Below, piece after piece: positions 7,032 through 14,103 of a stretch of 26,055 nucleotides of DNA. The stretch comes from a virus (lineage: Duplodnaviria > Caudoviricetes), in IMG/VR virus record IMGVR_UViG_3300048851_000057, positions 1-26,055 of that record. One strand, given 5' to 3'. A program made the position numbers and the translations under genes. Each line of letters begins with the position of its first letter. Position 1 is the first letter of the stretch. The notes beneath the pieces were generated by a model. It ran no database searches. It was not told the origin of the DNA and worked only from the letters and a program-made list of their open reading frames with translations.

Positions 7032-7688
7032 TCAATAGTGGTGCGTGGATCCCTTCTTCCACAGATCATACTGGTAGGTGATGCGGTCCTTGATCATGTC
7101 ATACGAGCGCTCATCGTTCCTTTCCCATCGCCGTTGGATCGCCCAAGCGCAATAGTCGGCGATCTGAAGCCAGTAATCGGTTGCCGACGGCCGGAAATCT
7201 ACGGCCCATCGACCCTGCGTAACGGTCTGCCCCATCACATCTGCTAGGCATTTCGTGAACGACAGCTTTTCCTTCTTGCTCCCTAACGAGGCTGCGGTTA
7301 CCAGCAGCTTGGTATCACGAGGGATGTACGGGGCGATCCCAAACCTGAAGTGATAAAACCAGGCATACTGGTAGAAGCGAGCCTTATCGCGCCGCACCTG
7401 CGGCTGCGCTTTCGATTTCTCGCAAACCGTTACCTGCACCTCGAAGTCGTGCTTGAGCATGGTGGCGAACACTCTGTCGCGAACGGCTTGTTTCTCCACT
7501 GTAGCGTGGAAGAAATCTCCTACCTCAGCACCTTCCCAAATCAGCTCCCGCCTCAGTTCGCTTAGGGCCTGAGCCGCGTCCAGTTCCGCTGTTGTCACGG
7601 TGCAAAGCATAAAGAACCGGCTGACATTCGGCTCACGGTTGAACGTGAAGCATCCTGCTTCGTCTGCGAATAGGTAGCGTTCGGTCAC
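7032..7688 (-). CDS. DUF3800 family (RNase H-like fold) protein
   Basis: N-terminal YLFADEAG, FHAT and C-terminal LQIADYCAWAI motifs; located in the immunity region downstream of cI. Confidence 0.85.
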   Translation of the reverse strand: MTERYLFADEAGCFTFNREPNVSRFFMLCTVTTAELDAAQALSELRRELIWEGAEVGDFFHATVEKQAVRDRVFATMLKHDFEVQVTVCEKSKAQPQVRRDKARFYQYAWFYHFRFGIAPYIPRDTKLLVTAASLGSKKEKLSFTKCLADVMGQTVTQGRWAVDFRPSATDYWLQIADYCAWAIQRRWERNDERSYDMIKDRITYQYDLWKKGSTHHY

Positions 7689-7759
7689 GGGTTGTGGCTC
7701 CCATCGTCCAAGCCGACGGCGCGCATGATGTCGACAACAAATTCGGTAACGGCGCTCAT
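7685..7759 (-). pseudogene. 24-aa ORF (MSAVTEFVVDIMRAVGLDDGSHNP) coupled to DUF3800; possibly the truncated 5' remnant of a phage gene
   Basis: Its TGA overlaps the DUF3800 GTG (GTGA 7685-7688). Confidence 0.35.
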
Positions 7760-7832
7760 GGTTTAGCCGAAGCGATAGAAAAACGAATCATTTCGGACTC
7801 GACTCTGGCCGAGAGTCCTGCTTTTCTTCCGT

Positions 7833-7847
7833 GAACAGAATGAGAAC
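7833..7847. promoter_or_regulatory. Alphaproteobacterial LexA (SOS) box
   Basis: GAAC-AGAATGA-GAAC (= GTTC-N7-GTTC), 14 bp upstream of an ATG with a GGGAG RBS. Confidence 0.75.
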
Positions 7848-7861
7848 GACGGGAGATCGAC

Positions 7862-8041
7862 ATGGCGAAAAAGCCAGAGATCAAGTTAAGCGTAATGCCG
7901 TCTGACAAGGAGGAGTGGGTGCTCGACGGAGGCGTAAACGTCTCCCGACGCTTCGACTTCCAATCCATCGACCGCCGCCCTTCCAAGCTACTTCCTCGCG
8001 ATATGGCCACATACCCGGCCGATAATCGTAAGCCTCTCTAG
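7862..8041 (+). CDS. Putative SOS-regulated small protein, 59 aa (MAKKPEIKLSVMPSDKEEWVLDGG...), convergent with and overlapping the cI 3' end
   Basis: RBS GGGAG 7851-7855, LexA box upstream, stop TAG 8039-8041; just under the ORF-track size cutoff. Confidence 0.45.
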   Translation: MAKKPEIKLSVMPSDKEEWVLDGGVNVSRRFDFQSIDRRPSKLLPRDMATYPADNRKPL

Positions 8042-8764
8042 ATCGACCGTGAACCGCTGCAGATTGGTGTTATCCGAAATAATGATAACCTGCGGCGGGT
8101 CACTGAACGGGATGCGCTGCAGGCGCTTGATCTGCGGTTCGGTGTGCCCATCGCTGATCGCATAGACGGTGTCGGTAGACATCGAACCTTGGGCGAGATC
8201 GATCAACACGCGGTCGCCAGGCATGTAAGTCGGCTGCATCGAATCGCCGATTACCTCCATGACCAGCGTTTGCCGCGGTGAAGCCTTCGCCTCGTTCCGG
8301 AGGTAATCCTCGGGGATCAGCCACTCGGCAATCACGGCATGCCCGCTGACCGCGCCAGGCCCGACCGGGAGATTGATCGTGTCGCCGACGACGCCCATCC
8401 CCGCGCCAAGCTTCACGTCGATCTCGGGCAGGGCGCCATCGATCGCCGGCCGCCAGTGCTCTCGGCTGTATGAAGCTTGTTCGCTCACATAGTCCTGGTC
8501 CGGCTCATCCGGATCAAAGGACGCTATCAGCGGCGCCGAGCCGCGTTGGACTTTCTTCGGGCCATCACCAGTCAGAAGGTAAGCCGCAGACGTGCCGAAC
8601 TTGCGGGCATATTTCTCCGCAATGTCCGGCCCGAACTCATTCTGCCCGTTCTCGTGAGCCCGGTAAGATGAGGCGCTTACGCCAAGCGCTTCAGCAGCTT
8701 TCGATGCCGATGAGAAATTCGCAGCTTCGCGAGCTGCTCTGAGTCGTTCGCCCATAGTTTTCAT
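7988..8764 (-). CDS. cI: CI-like phage repressor (XRE HTH + S24 autopeptidase)
   Basis: N-terminal HTH (GERLRAAREAA...YRAHENG), Ala-Gly site (GAGMG), catalytic GDSM and IKRL; divergent from cro. Confidence 0.92.
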   Translation of the reverse strand: MKTMGERLRAAREAANFSSASKAAEALGVSASSYRAHENGQNEFGPDIAEKYARKFGTSAAYLLTGDGPKKVQRGSAPLIASFDPDEPDQDYVSEQASYSREHWRPAIDGALPEIDVKLGAGMGVVGDTINLPVGPGAVSGHAVIAEWLIPEDYLRNEAKASPRQTLVMEVIGDSMQPTYMPGDRVLIDLAQGSMSTDTVYAISDGHTEPQIKRLQRIPFSDPPQVIIISDNTNLQRFTVDLERLTIIGRVCGHIARK

Positions 8765-8786
8765 GGCGCAAACACTTTCAGATTGC

Positions 8787-8828
8787 TCAACACAAATCAT
8801 GTTGACATATCGACACGAAGGGTGTCAA
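8787..8828. promoter_or_regulatory. OR: two 19-bp operators and PR -35
   Basis: TCAACAC-AAATC-ATGTTGA (8787-8805) and TCGACAC-GAAGG-GTGTCAA (8810-8828); TTGACA at 8802-8807. Confidence 0.85.
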
Positions 8829-8838
8829 AAATAGCGAC

Positions 8839-9093
8839 ATGAACACGATCAGCGACATATTCGATGTTTTCGGCGGTAACGCCGCAGTTGCTCGGATCCT
8901 CGGGGTAGGCGCCTCGACGGCCTCCGAAATGAAGCGCCGCGAGAGCATCCCGGTGGAATACTGGCCGGCACTCGTCGACGAAGCAAAGAAGGCCGGGCGG
9001 GACGATGTCACGCTCGAGAGTATCGCGATCGTCATGGCGGAGGCCGGCGCCCGTCGCCGGACCGCCAAGGTACCGGCAGGAGCAGCAGCATGA
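8839..9093 (+). CDS. cro: Cro-like HTH regulator
   Basis: FGGNAAVARILGVGASTASEMKRRESIP HTH; divergent from cI. Confidence 0.85.
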   Translation: MNTISDIFDVFGGNAAVARILGVGASTASEMKRRESIPVEYWPALVDEAKKAGRDDVTLESIAIVMAEAGARRRTAKVPAGAAA

Positions 9094-9404
9094 CTGCCGC
9101 CTCTGTCCTCTCCGACGCGCTGGCGCTGATCAGCGCTCCCAGCAAGGGGGCGAAGGACGCTGTGGCGATCGACGACCGCGGGAACGAGGTCAAGCCAGTC
9201 AGCGATCGTGCCAGGCGCTTCGACATGATCGGCGCGATCCAGCGGGTTCCGTCGTCTCCGGACGACTACGGCGCGGCGATCCGCATTCTGCGGGCGCAGT
9301 GCGGCAAGCAACCCATTTTCGAATTTAACGACGGCCATGGTCACAAGGCGGTGCTCACGCTGATGCGCCGCGCGATCCGGGCTGCCGAGGGAGTTGCAGC
9401 ATGA
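9090..9404 (+). CDS. Hypothetical phage protein
   Basis: ATGA-coupled at both ends. Confidence 0.75.
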   Translation: MTAASVLSDALALISAPSKGAKDAVAIDDRGNEVKPVSDRARRFDMIGAIQRVPSSPDDYGAAIRILRAQCGKQPIFEFNDGHGHKAVLTLMRRAIRAAEGVAA

Positions 9405-10165
9405 GCGTTGCTTCTGTTAAATTTTACGTCGGCCTTCACCAGCCTGCAGACGCCCAGCACTTCGATCTGGCCTGCATCAGCATCAACCGGCTGCGCGGAC
9501 GCAGGAAGGCCGTGGATTGCGGCGACGTCCTCGTCGATAGCGGCGCCTTCACCGAACTCGCCCAGCACGGCCGGTATCGTCACACGGTCGAGGAATACGC
9601 CGCCGAGGTCGACCGCCTTCACGATGCTGGCGTGGTCAACATTTCTGCTGCCGTTGCTCAAGACTACATGTGCGAAACGTGGATGCTGGAAAAGACCGGC
9701 CTCACGATCGCCGATCACCAGCGGCTGACGATCGATCGTTACGACGCGCTGCTCGGCTGCGAACTCCCGGTGCCGGTCATGCCGGTGCTCCAGGGCTTCG
9801 CGCCGACCGACTACGTCACCCATGTTGGCCAATACGGCGACCGGCTCAAGTTCGGCATGTGGGTCGGTGTCGGCTCCGTATGCAAGCGCCAGGGTGACCC
9901 GCGCGCGATCATAGCTGTGCTGCAGGCAATCCGTTCGGTTCGCCCCGATCTTCGGTTGCATGGGTTCGGGGTCAAGAAAACAAGCCTGCTGCATCCCGGC
10001 GTCCGGGAATACCTCTACAGCGCCGACAGCATGGCGTGGAGCTTCGCAGCTCGGAAGCAGGGCCGGAGCGCCAACGATTGGCAGGAAGCGGCTCGGTTCG
10101 CTGAAGTCGTCAATCATGCGGCTTCGTCTTCTTTCCAGCCGTGGCAGATGGAGATGTTCGCATGA
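9401..10165 (+). CDS. Queuine tRNA-ribosyltransferase (TGT)/DpdA-like protein
   Basis: LVDSGAF, QDYMCE, PVLQG, VGVGSVC, LHGFG and SADSMAWS motifs of the TGT-fold deazaguanine transglycosylases. Confidence 0.8.
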   Translation: MSVASVKFYVGLHQPADAQHFDLACISINRLRGRRKAVDCGDVLVDSGAFTELAQHGRYRHTVEEYAAEVDRLHDAGVVNISAAVAQDYMCETWMLEKTGLTIADHQRLTIDRYDALLGCELPVPVMPVLQGFAPTDYVTHVGQYGDRLKFGMWVGVGSVCKRQGDPRAIIAVLQAIRSVRPDLRLHGFGVKKTSLLHPGVREYLYSADSMAWSFAARKQGRSANDWQEAARFAEVVNHAASSSFQPWQMEMFA

Positions 10166-10413
10166 GCTGGAACCACGACATCACCAGCGCCCCGCGCGAC
10201 CAGCGCCTCTGGATGGCCTCCGAGTGCGGGAAGGTCATCCCAACGACCTGGGACAAGAAGCGCGAGCAGTGGGCCGGCTTCGCAACGAACGGCAAGCCGC
10301 CGATTGCCTGGCAGCCGCACGTCGTCCCGGAGCATCCCGGCAACGCGGTCATCGTTCACCGGCATAGCGAGATAAATCTCCCGATCATCGAAGACGTGGG
10401 GTCAGGCGCATGA
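10162..10413 (+). CDS. Hypothetical phage protein (MSWNHDITSAPRD...)
   Basis: ATGA overlap at 10162; W..I.SAP.D motif common in small phage proteins. Confidence 0.7.
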   Translation: MSWNHDITSAPRDQRLWMASECGKVIPTTWDKKREQWAGFATNGKPPIAWQPHVVPEHPGNAVIVHRHSEINLPIIEDVGSGA

Positions 10414-10670
10414 GCAACCTTGAGCGCATCCAGAAAATTATCGTCGACCATTTCGGGCTCAGCGTGTCCATCGTCACCGAACAGGCTTTGTTGCGAAACG
10501 ACCTGATGCTCGACAGCCTCGACGACGTCGAGCTTGAGCTCGCTCTTCAGGATGAGTTCCTGATCGGCGTTGAGACTGGTTCTTCCGATGACTGGCTGAC
10601 TGTCGGTGACATCGTCGCATTCGTGAATAGGGCTGTGGCCGATCGCGAGCTGGAAGGCGGTGCGGCATGA
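10410..10670 (+). CDS. Acyl carrier protein
   Basis: ERIQKIIVDHFG...DLMLDSLDDVELELALQDEF.I...TVGDIVAFV; the phosphopantetheine-accepting DSLD serine is intact. Confidence 0.85.
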   Translation: MSNLERIQKIIVDHFGLSVSIVTEQALLRNDLMLDSLDDVELELALQDEFLIGVETGSSDDWLTVGDIVAFVNRAVADRELEGGAA

Positions 10671-10879
10671 CCCTCCAGCGCGAACCAATTGGTCGAGATT
10701 GGCTTGCTGAACTCCGCAACAAGTTCGTGGATGAATTCCCAGCACCTGCATTTTCATCCTCCATCATCACCGAAGACGGAACTGCCATAATCGTCGATCC
10801 CGATGTCGGCGCGGTCTCCGCTCCCAACCGAGAAGCCGCCGAAGCGGAAATCCGCCGGCGGAAGGGAAGGGCATCATGA
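10667..10879 (+). CDS. Hypothetical phage protein
   Basis: ATGA-coupled at both ends. Confidence 0.7.
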   Translation: MTLQREPIGRDWLAELRNKFVDEFPAPAFSSSIITEDGTAIIVDPDVGAVSAPNREAAEAEIRRRKGRAS

Positions 10880-11163
10880 TCACGGTCCGCTGCCCGCACT
10901 GCGAGAAGAAGTTCACGGCTGGGGCGCGTGAGCCGCATGTATCCGGCGTGACCCGCCACCAACGAGATCTGCTCGAGTTCATCATTTCCTACACTGCCGA
11001 AAACAACGGAGTGCCGCCTACCATCCGCGAGATGCGCGACTGGTCCGGCCTGGCATCCATGAGCGGCGTCTATCGCCTTGTCTCGGCTCTTGAGGAGCGC
11101 GGGCTCATCCGCCGTCTTCCGAACCGGGCTCGTTCAATCGTCGTCGTAGGAGCCTTGGCATGA
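10876..11163 (+). CDS. Stand-alone LexA DNA-binding domain with an N-terminal CxxC
   Basis: [11 protein letters not shown]...GVPPTIREM...[30 protein letters not shown] closely resembles the alphaproteobacterial LexA N-domain; no S24 domain. Confidence 0.85.
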   Translation: [95 protein letters not shown]

Positions 11164-11357
11164 TCTACGTCTGCGCCTTCATCGCGTGGTTCCTCATCTC
11201 GGTACCGCTCGGCATGCTTGCCGGCGGGTTCGCTGCGGATGACCCTGGCATCACGAAATCCATCTCAAAACTGAAGAGCAAGGCGCGCCTCATCTTGGCG
11301 GGTGCTGTCCGCGCCGCTCTCTCCATCGTTCAGTCTCCGTCTACGGGCGGGCGCTGA
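11160..11357 (+). CDS. Small membrane protein
   Basis: Hydrophobic N-terminus; ATGA-coupled. Confidence 0.6.
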   Translation: MIYVCAFIAWFLISVPLGMLAGGFAADDPGITKSISKLKSKARLILAGAVRAALSIVQSPSTGGR

Positions 11358-11419
11358 TCTCAACTCCTTCATGATCCTCCGCGCTTCCGACAGGGGCAAA
11401 GCTATCAGGAGCGCGGACC

Positions 11420-11869
11420 ATGAAGTGGCAAGAAACTCACCATTTGGCGGCAACAAACGAAGCAGAGGCGAAAGCGACAATGTCAGCAGTAGACGCATTC
11501 AGCCCGGAAGAAGCTCAGCTTTTCGCTGAGAAGATGTTCAGGCGCAGGTGCGAGGGCTGGGGTGATGAAACTCAGGCACTCGATGAGGTTTCGGGGTGGT
11601 GCGGCATGTCTCCCCGAAGCTTCAAGCGGCTCATGAAGGGCGAGTTCAAGGACTTCGGTCTCCGGTCATATCGACGGGTCCGGGGTGCCTTCCTCGATTT
11701 CAATCTCCGCCTCATCCACCAGCTTCAAAACGAGGTCAAGGCAGTAGAGGAGGCCCACGGACATGCTCCTGTGGCGGATATTGCAGCAAAGCTGGAGGCT
11801 CTGGAAGCTGAAGCGCGAGCTGCGAAGGCAAGGATCAAAACCCATCCCAAACCAGCAAACCAGAGGTGA
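11420..11869 (+). CDS. Hypothetical phage regulator (start could be 11480)
   Basis: AGGAG RBS; HTH-like segment (ALDEVSGWCGMSPRSFKRLMKGE). Confidence 0.65.
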   Translation: MKWQETHHLAATNEAEAKATMSAVDAFSPEEAQLFAEKMFRRRCEGWGDETQALDEVSGWCGMSPRSFKRLMKGEFKDFGLRSYRRVRGAFLDFNLRLIHQLQNEVKAVEEAHGHAPVADIAAKLEALEAEARAAKARIKTHPKPANQR

Positions 11870-12435
11870 ATGCGATGGCGACGGCCGGCAGTAATACCAA
11901 GCTCACAGACGCGGAACGGCAGAAGCTTTTCGCCTACCATTTCCGCAGGGAACTGGCGGCGGAAACCAAGCGACGGGAAGCGGCTGCCGAGAAGACGGCG
12001 AACCGTAAGGTCGCCAAGGCTGCCGACCCGACCTTCTCTGGTCAGAAGTTCGACCACTACCTCAAGGCCCACTTCGGCGAAGACGACCAGAAGCCGGTCG
12101 ATCGCCTGAAGTCGGACCGCGAAAACCTCGAATGGCTCGGGCTCATCCCGACGACCAGCGGCGGGGATCTCCTCGCCCAGGTCGATCGCGTTGACCGCGA
12201 GCAGCTGATCCAGGCCAAGGGTTACAAGGCAGGACTGCTGAACCTCGATCGCCGGTCCGGCTACGACGCCGGCAGCTCCGACGACAAGCTCTGGCTGGCC
12301 TCCTACGACGCTGGCAAGACCGAATACGAGACTGAGATCCCCGACATCATGGCGCGCATCGAGGCGTCGGCTTCCAAGGAAGAACCGCCTTCGGAAGACG
12401 ACCCTTTCGCGACCACGGGCGACACCGCCCACTGA
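11866..12435 (+). CDS. Hypothetical phage protein
   Basis: GTGA-coupled 189-aa ORF with typical codon usage. Confidence 0.8.
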   Translation: MNAMATAGSNTKLTDAERQKLFAYHFRRELAAETKRREAAAEKTANRKVAKAADPTFSGQKFDHYLKAHFGEDDQKPVDRLKSDRENLEWLGLIPTTSGGDLLAQVDRVDREQLIQAKGYKAGLLNLDRRSGYDAGSSDDKLWLASYDAGKTEYETEIPDIMARIEASASKEEPPSEDDPFATTGDTAH

Positions 12436-12501
12436 GTTCCTCCAGGCGGCCATCCTCCTCCCGGCCGCCCAACTAGACGCGCGAATGCGTCACTCTTTTT
12501 T
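12436..12501 (+). ncRNA. Cuckoo/alpha-r14-like anti-Shine-Dalgarno hairpin plus terminator-like hairpin
   Basis: GGCGGCC-ATCCTCCTCCC-GGCCGCC (12445-12469), then GACGC-N6-GCGTC followed by a T-rich tract. Confidence 0.55.
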
Positions 12502-12512
12502 CCGGTGAAGCA

Positions 12513-12866
12513 ATGAACGTAGCTCCTCGCATTCAATCATTCTGCTGCCCGACATGCGGTGGCTTTATCGGAGAGGCGGCTCCTATAGAGGCCGTCATCG
12601 ACGCCCAGACGTCGCCGGTAAGCAAAGCTATTCTCACAGCGCTCTCCAGTCCTATCGGCAAGCATATGACGCGGGATGATATCGTTTCCGCGGTATGGCC
12701 GCGCCGTAAGCCAGACGATCCGGCGAACAACTTCCGTGTCACGCTCTATTCCCTCAGGAAACGCCTCACGCCGGTCGGCTGGTCGATCGTTTGCGAGCGC
12801 AGTCGTGGCTTGTCGGATGAGATCGGCTCTTTCTACCGCCTCATCCCGACGGAGGCGCGCCAATGA
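12513..12866 (+). CDS. Winged-helix (OmpR/PhoB-type) DNA-binding protein with CxxC
   Basis: MTRDDIVSAVW...NNFRVTLYSLRKRL...YRL. Confidence 0.75.
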   Translation: MNVAPRIQSFCCPTCGGFIGEAAPIEAVIDAQTSPVSKAILTALSSPIGKHMTRDDIVSAVWPRRKPDDPANNFRVTLYSLRKRLTPVGWSIVCERSRGLSDEIGSFYRLIPTEARQ

Positions 12867-13504
12867 TCATCATGGGCCTCGACCTTGCAACCCGATCCGG
12901 CTGGGCTGTCCGCGACAGCGAGCGCCACCGCTCCTCCATCCAGTGCGGCACCTTCACCGTGAAGGAATACGAGTGGGAGGAGAAATACGCGATCGCCGCG
13001 AACCTCTTCTATCGCCTCATGAAGGATCACAAGCCCGACTTCGTCGCGATCGAGCGGCCGGAGCATGGCGTTCGGCAGTTTGCCAAGAAGGGAAAGCCGG
13101 ACCTGACCGGAGAAGAGCGCAACGTGATGACGATCAATCCGGCCGCGCTGCAGCTCACCGGTATCGCCGGCTCAATCATCGGCATCTGCATGATGATGCG
13201 CGTTCCCTACGGCACCATCGCCGCCACGTCCTGGCGCCCTGTCTATTACGGCAAGGGCGTAAAACCCGCCCAGGGCAGCGATTGGAAGAAAATGGCGATC
13301 GAGGCCTGTGATCGCGAGAGCATCAAGCTTCCCGGCAACAAGGAAGAGCAGAAGGACGCGGCCGAAGCCGTGGGCGTCTGCACGTGCTGGCACAAGTGCG
13401 ACGTCCCTCAGATCGAATGGATGCAGCGCAAGTTCATGGATCTGCGCACCGGCGCCCACAAGGCCAAGCAGCAGCAGGCGCAGGCCGGGCAGGTGGCGGC
13501 ATGA
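12863..13504 (+). CDS. RuvC-like Holliday junction resolvase
   Basis: IMGLDLATRSGWA, PDFVAIE and DAAEAVGV catalytic motifs. Confidence 0.8.
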   Translation: MIIMGLDLATRSGWAVRDSERHRSSIQCGTFTVKEYEWEEKYAIAANLFYRLMKDHKPDFVAIERPEHGVRQFAKKGKPDLTGEERNVMTINPAALQLTGIAGSIIGICMMMRVPYGTIAATSWRPVYYGKGVKPAQGSDWKKMAIEACDRESIKLPGNKEEQKDAAEAVGVCTCWHKCDVPQIEWMQRKFMDLRTGAHKAKQQQAQAGQVAA

Positions 13505-14103
13505 TCTCAATCAACCACAACCAGCCCAGCTTCCTTGGCGGCCGCGATGAAAGCATCACGAGCTTCGTCCGGCTCGGCTCGACCATCGAGAACAAGCATG
13601 AACATCCGCAGGGCTTCGTGAAAATGCTCCCCGTCGGCGACGGGCCAGCTTTCGAGCAAGTAATCCGCCGCGTCTCGCGTGCAGAAGATCAGATCATGGT
13701 CGCCCGGACGACCGTGAATCTCAACCGAAACTGGAACGGCCCAATCAACATCGGACATCAAAACCCCTCAGCTTCATGCGGCAACGTCGATATGGGCTTC
13801 TCTCGCCGCCGCAATGAAGGCCCGGCGAACATCGTCCGGCTCGGCATCATCGTTAAACGACTTCAGGCATGCGAGAGTTGCGCGGGACATCGCAGGGCTA
13901 TTCTCGACCGGCCACTCCGTGGCGAGCACCTTGATGGCGTCGTGGGCATCTCTTACGACCCGGTACCGACCGTCGCCAGCGAGCCTGAATTTCACGGGGC
14001 TGAAGCCCATTCTTCTTCGGGTGGTCATAACGCAGTACCTCACGCGAATCACCCGACTCAACGAATCACTTTGGGACTCGTTCCGGTTGAGGTCTCGGCA
14101 TGA
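13501..14103 (+). CDS. Antisense 'bridging' ORF (200 aa) over the DUF982 pair; protein function doubtful
   Basis: Starts in the RuvC stop (ATGA 13501-13504) and ends in the next gene's start (ATGA 14100-14103). Confidence 0.4.
   Translation: MISINHNQPSFLGGRDESITSFVRLGSTIENKHEHPQGFVKMLPVGDGPAFEQVIRRVSRAEDQIMVARTTVNLNRNWNGPINIGHQNPSASCGNVDMGFSRRRNEGPANIVRLGIIVKRLQACESCAGHRRAILDRPLRGEHLDGVVGISYDPVPTVASEPEFHGAEAHSSSGGHNAVPHANHPTQRITLGLVPVEVSA
13507..13761 (-). CDS. DUF982 family protein (moron)
   Basis: PVSVE...TRDAADYLLESWP...ARDAFIAAAKEAGL. Confidence 0.85.
   Translation of the reverse strand: MMSDVDWAVPVSVEIHGRPGDHDLIFCTRDAADYLLESWPVADGEHFHEALRMFMLVLDGRAEPDEARDAFIAAAKEAGLVVVD
13774..14028 (-). 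CDS. DUF982 family protein (moron)
   Basis: PVKFRL...DAIKVLATEWP...VRRAFIAAAREAHI; ATG 14028 with GAGG RBS. Confidence 0.85.
   Translation of the reverse strand: MTTRRRMGFSPVKFRLAGDGRYRVVRDAHDAIKVLATEWPVENSPAMSRATLACLKSFNDDAEPDDVRRAFIAAAREAHIDVAA
14060..14084 (-). promoter_or_regulatory. EcfG/RpoE2 general-stress promoter driving the DUF982 pair
   Basis: GGAAC-N16-CGTT consensus on the minus strand. Confidence 0.75.

Noticed and set aside
6335-7247. ORF-track ORFs 6335..6586, 6628..6921, 6728..7069 and 6903..7247
   Set aside because: No RBS or recognisable motifs and junk-like composition; better explained by structured RNA and the DUF3800 antisense strand
7756-8010. Minus-strand 84-aa ORF between cI and DUF3800
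   Set aside because: Ser-rich, not protein-like, and runs across the LexA box and GANTC cluster; its ATGA overlap at 7756-7759 means a bridging role cannot be fully excluded
9341-10117. Long antisense ORFs such as 9341..10117, 11725..12453 and 20305..21138
   Set aside because: Shadows of GC-rich genes, lacking the coupled junctions seen in the bridging ORFs
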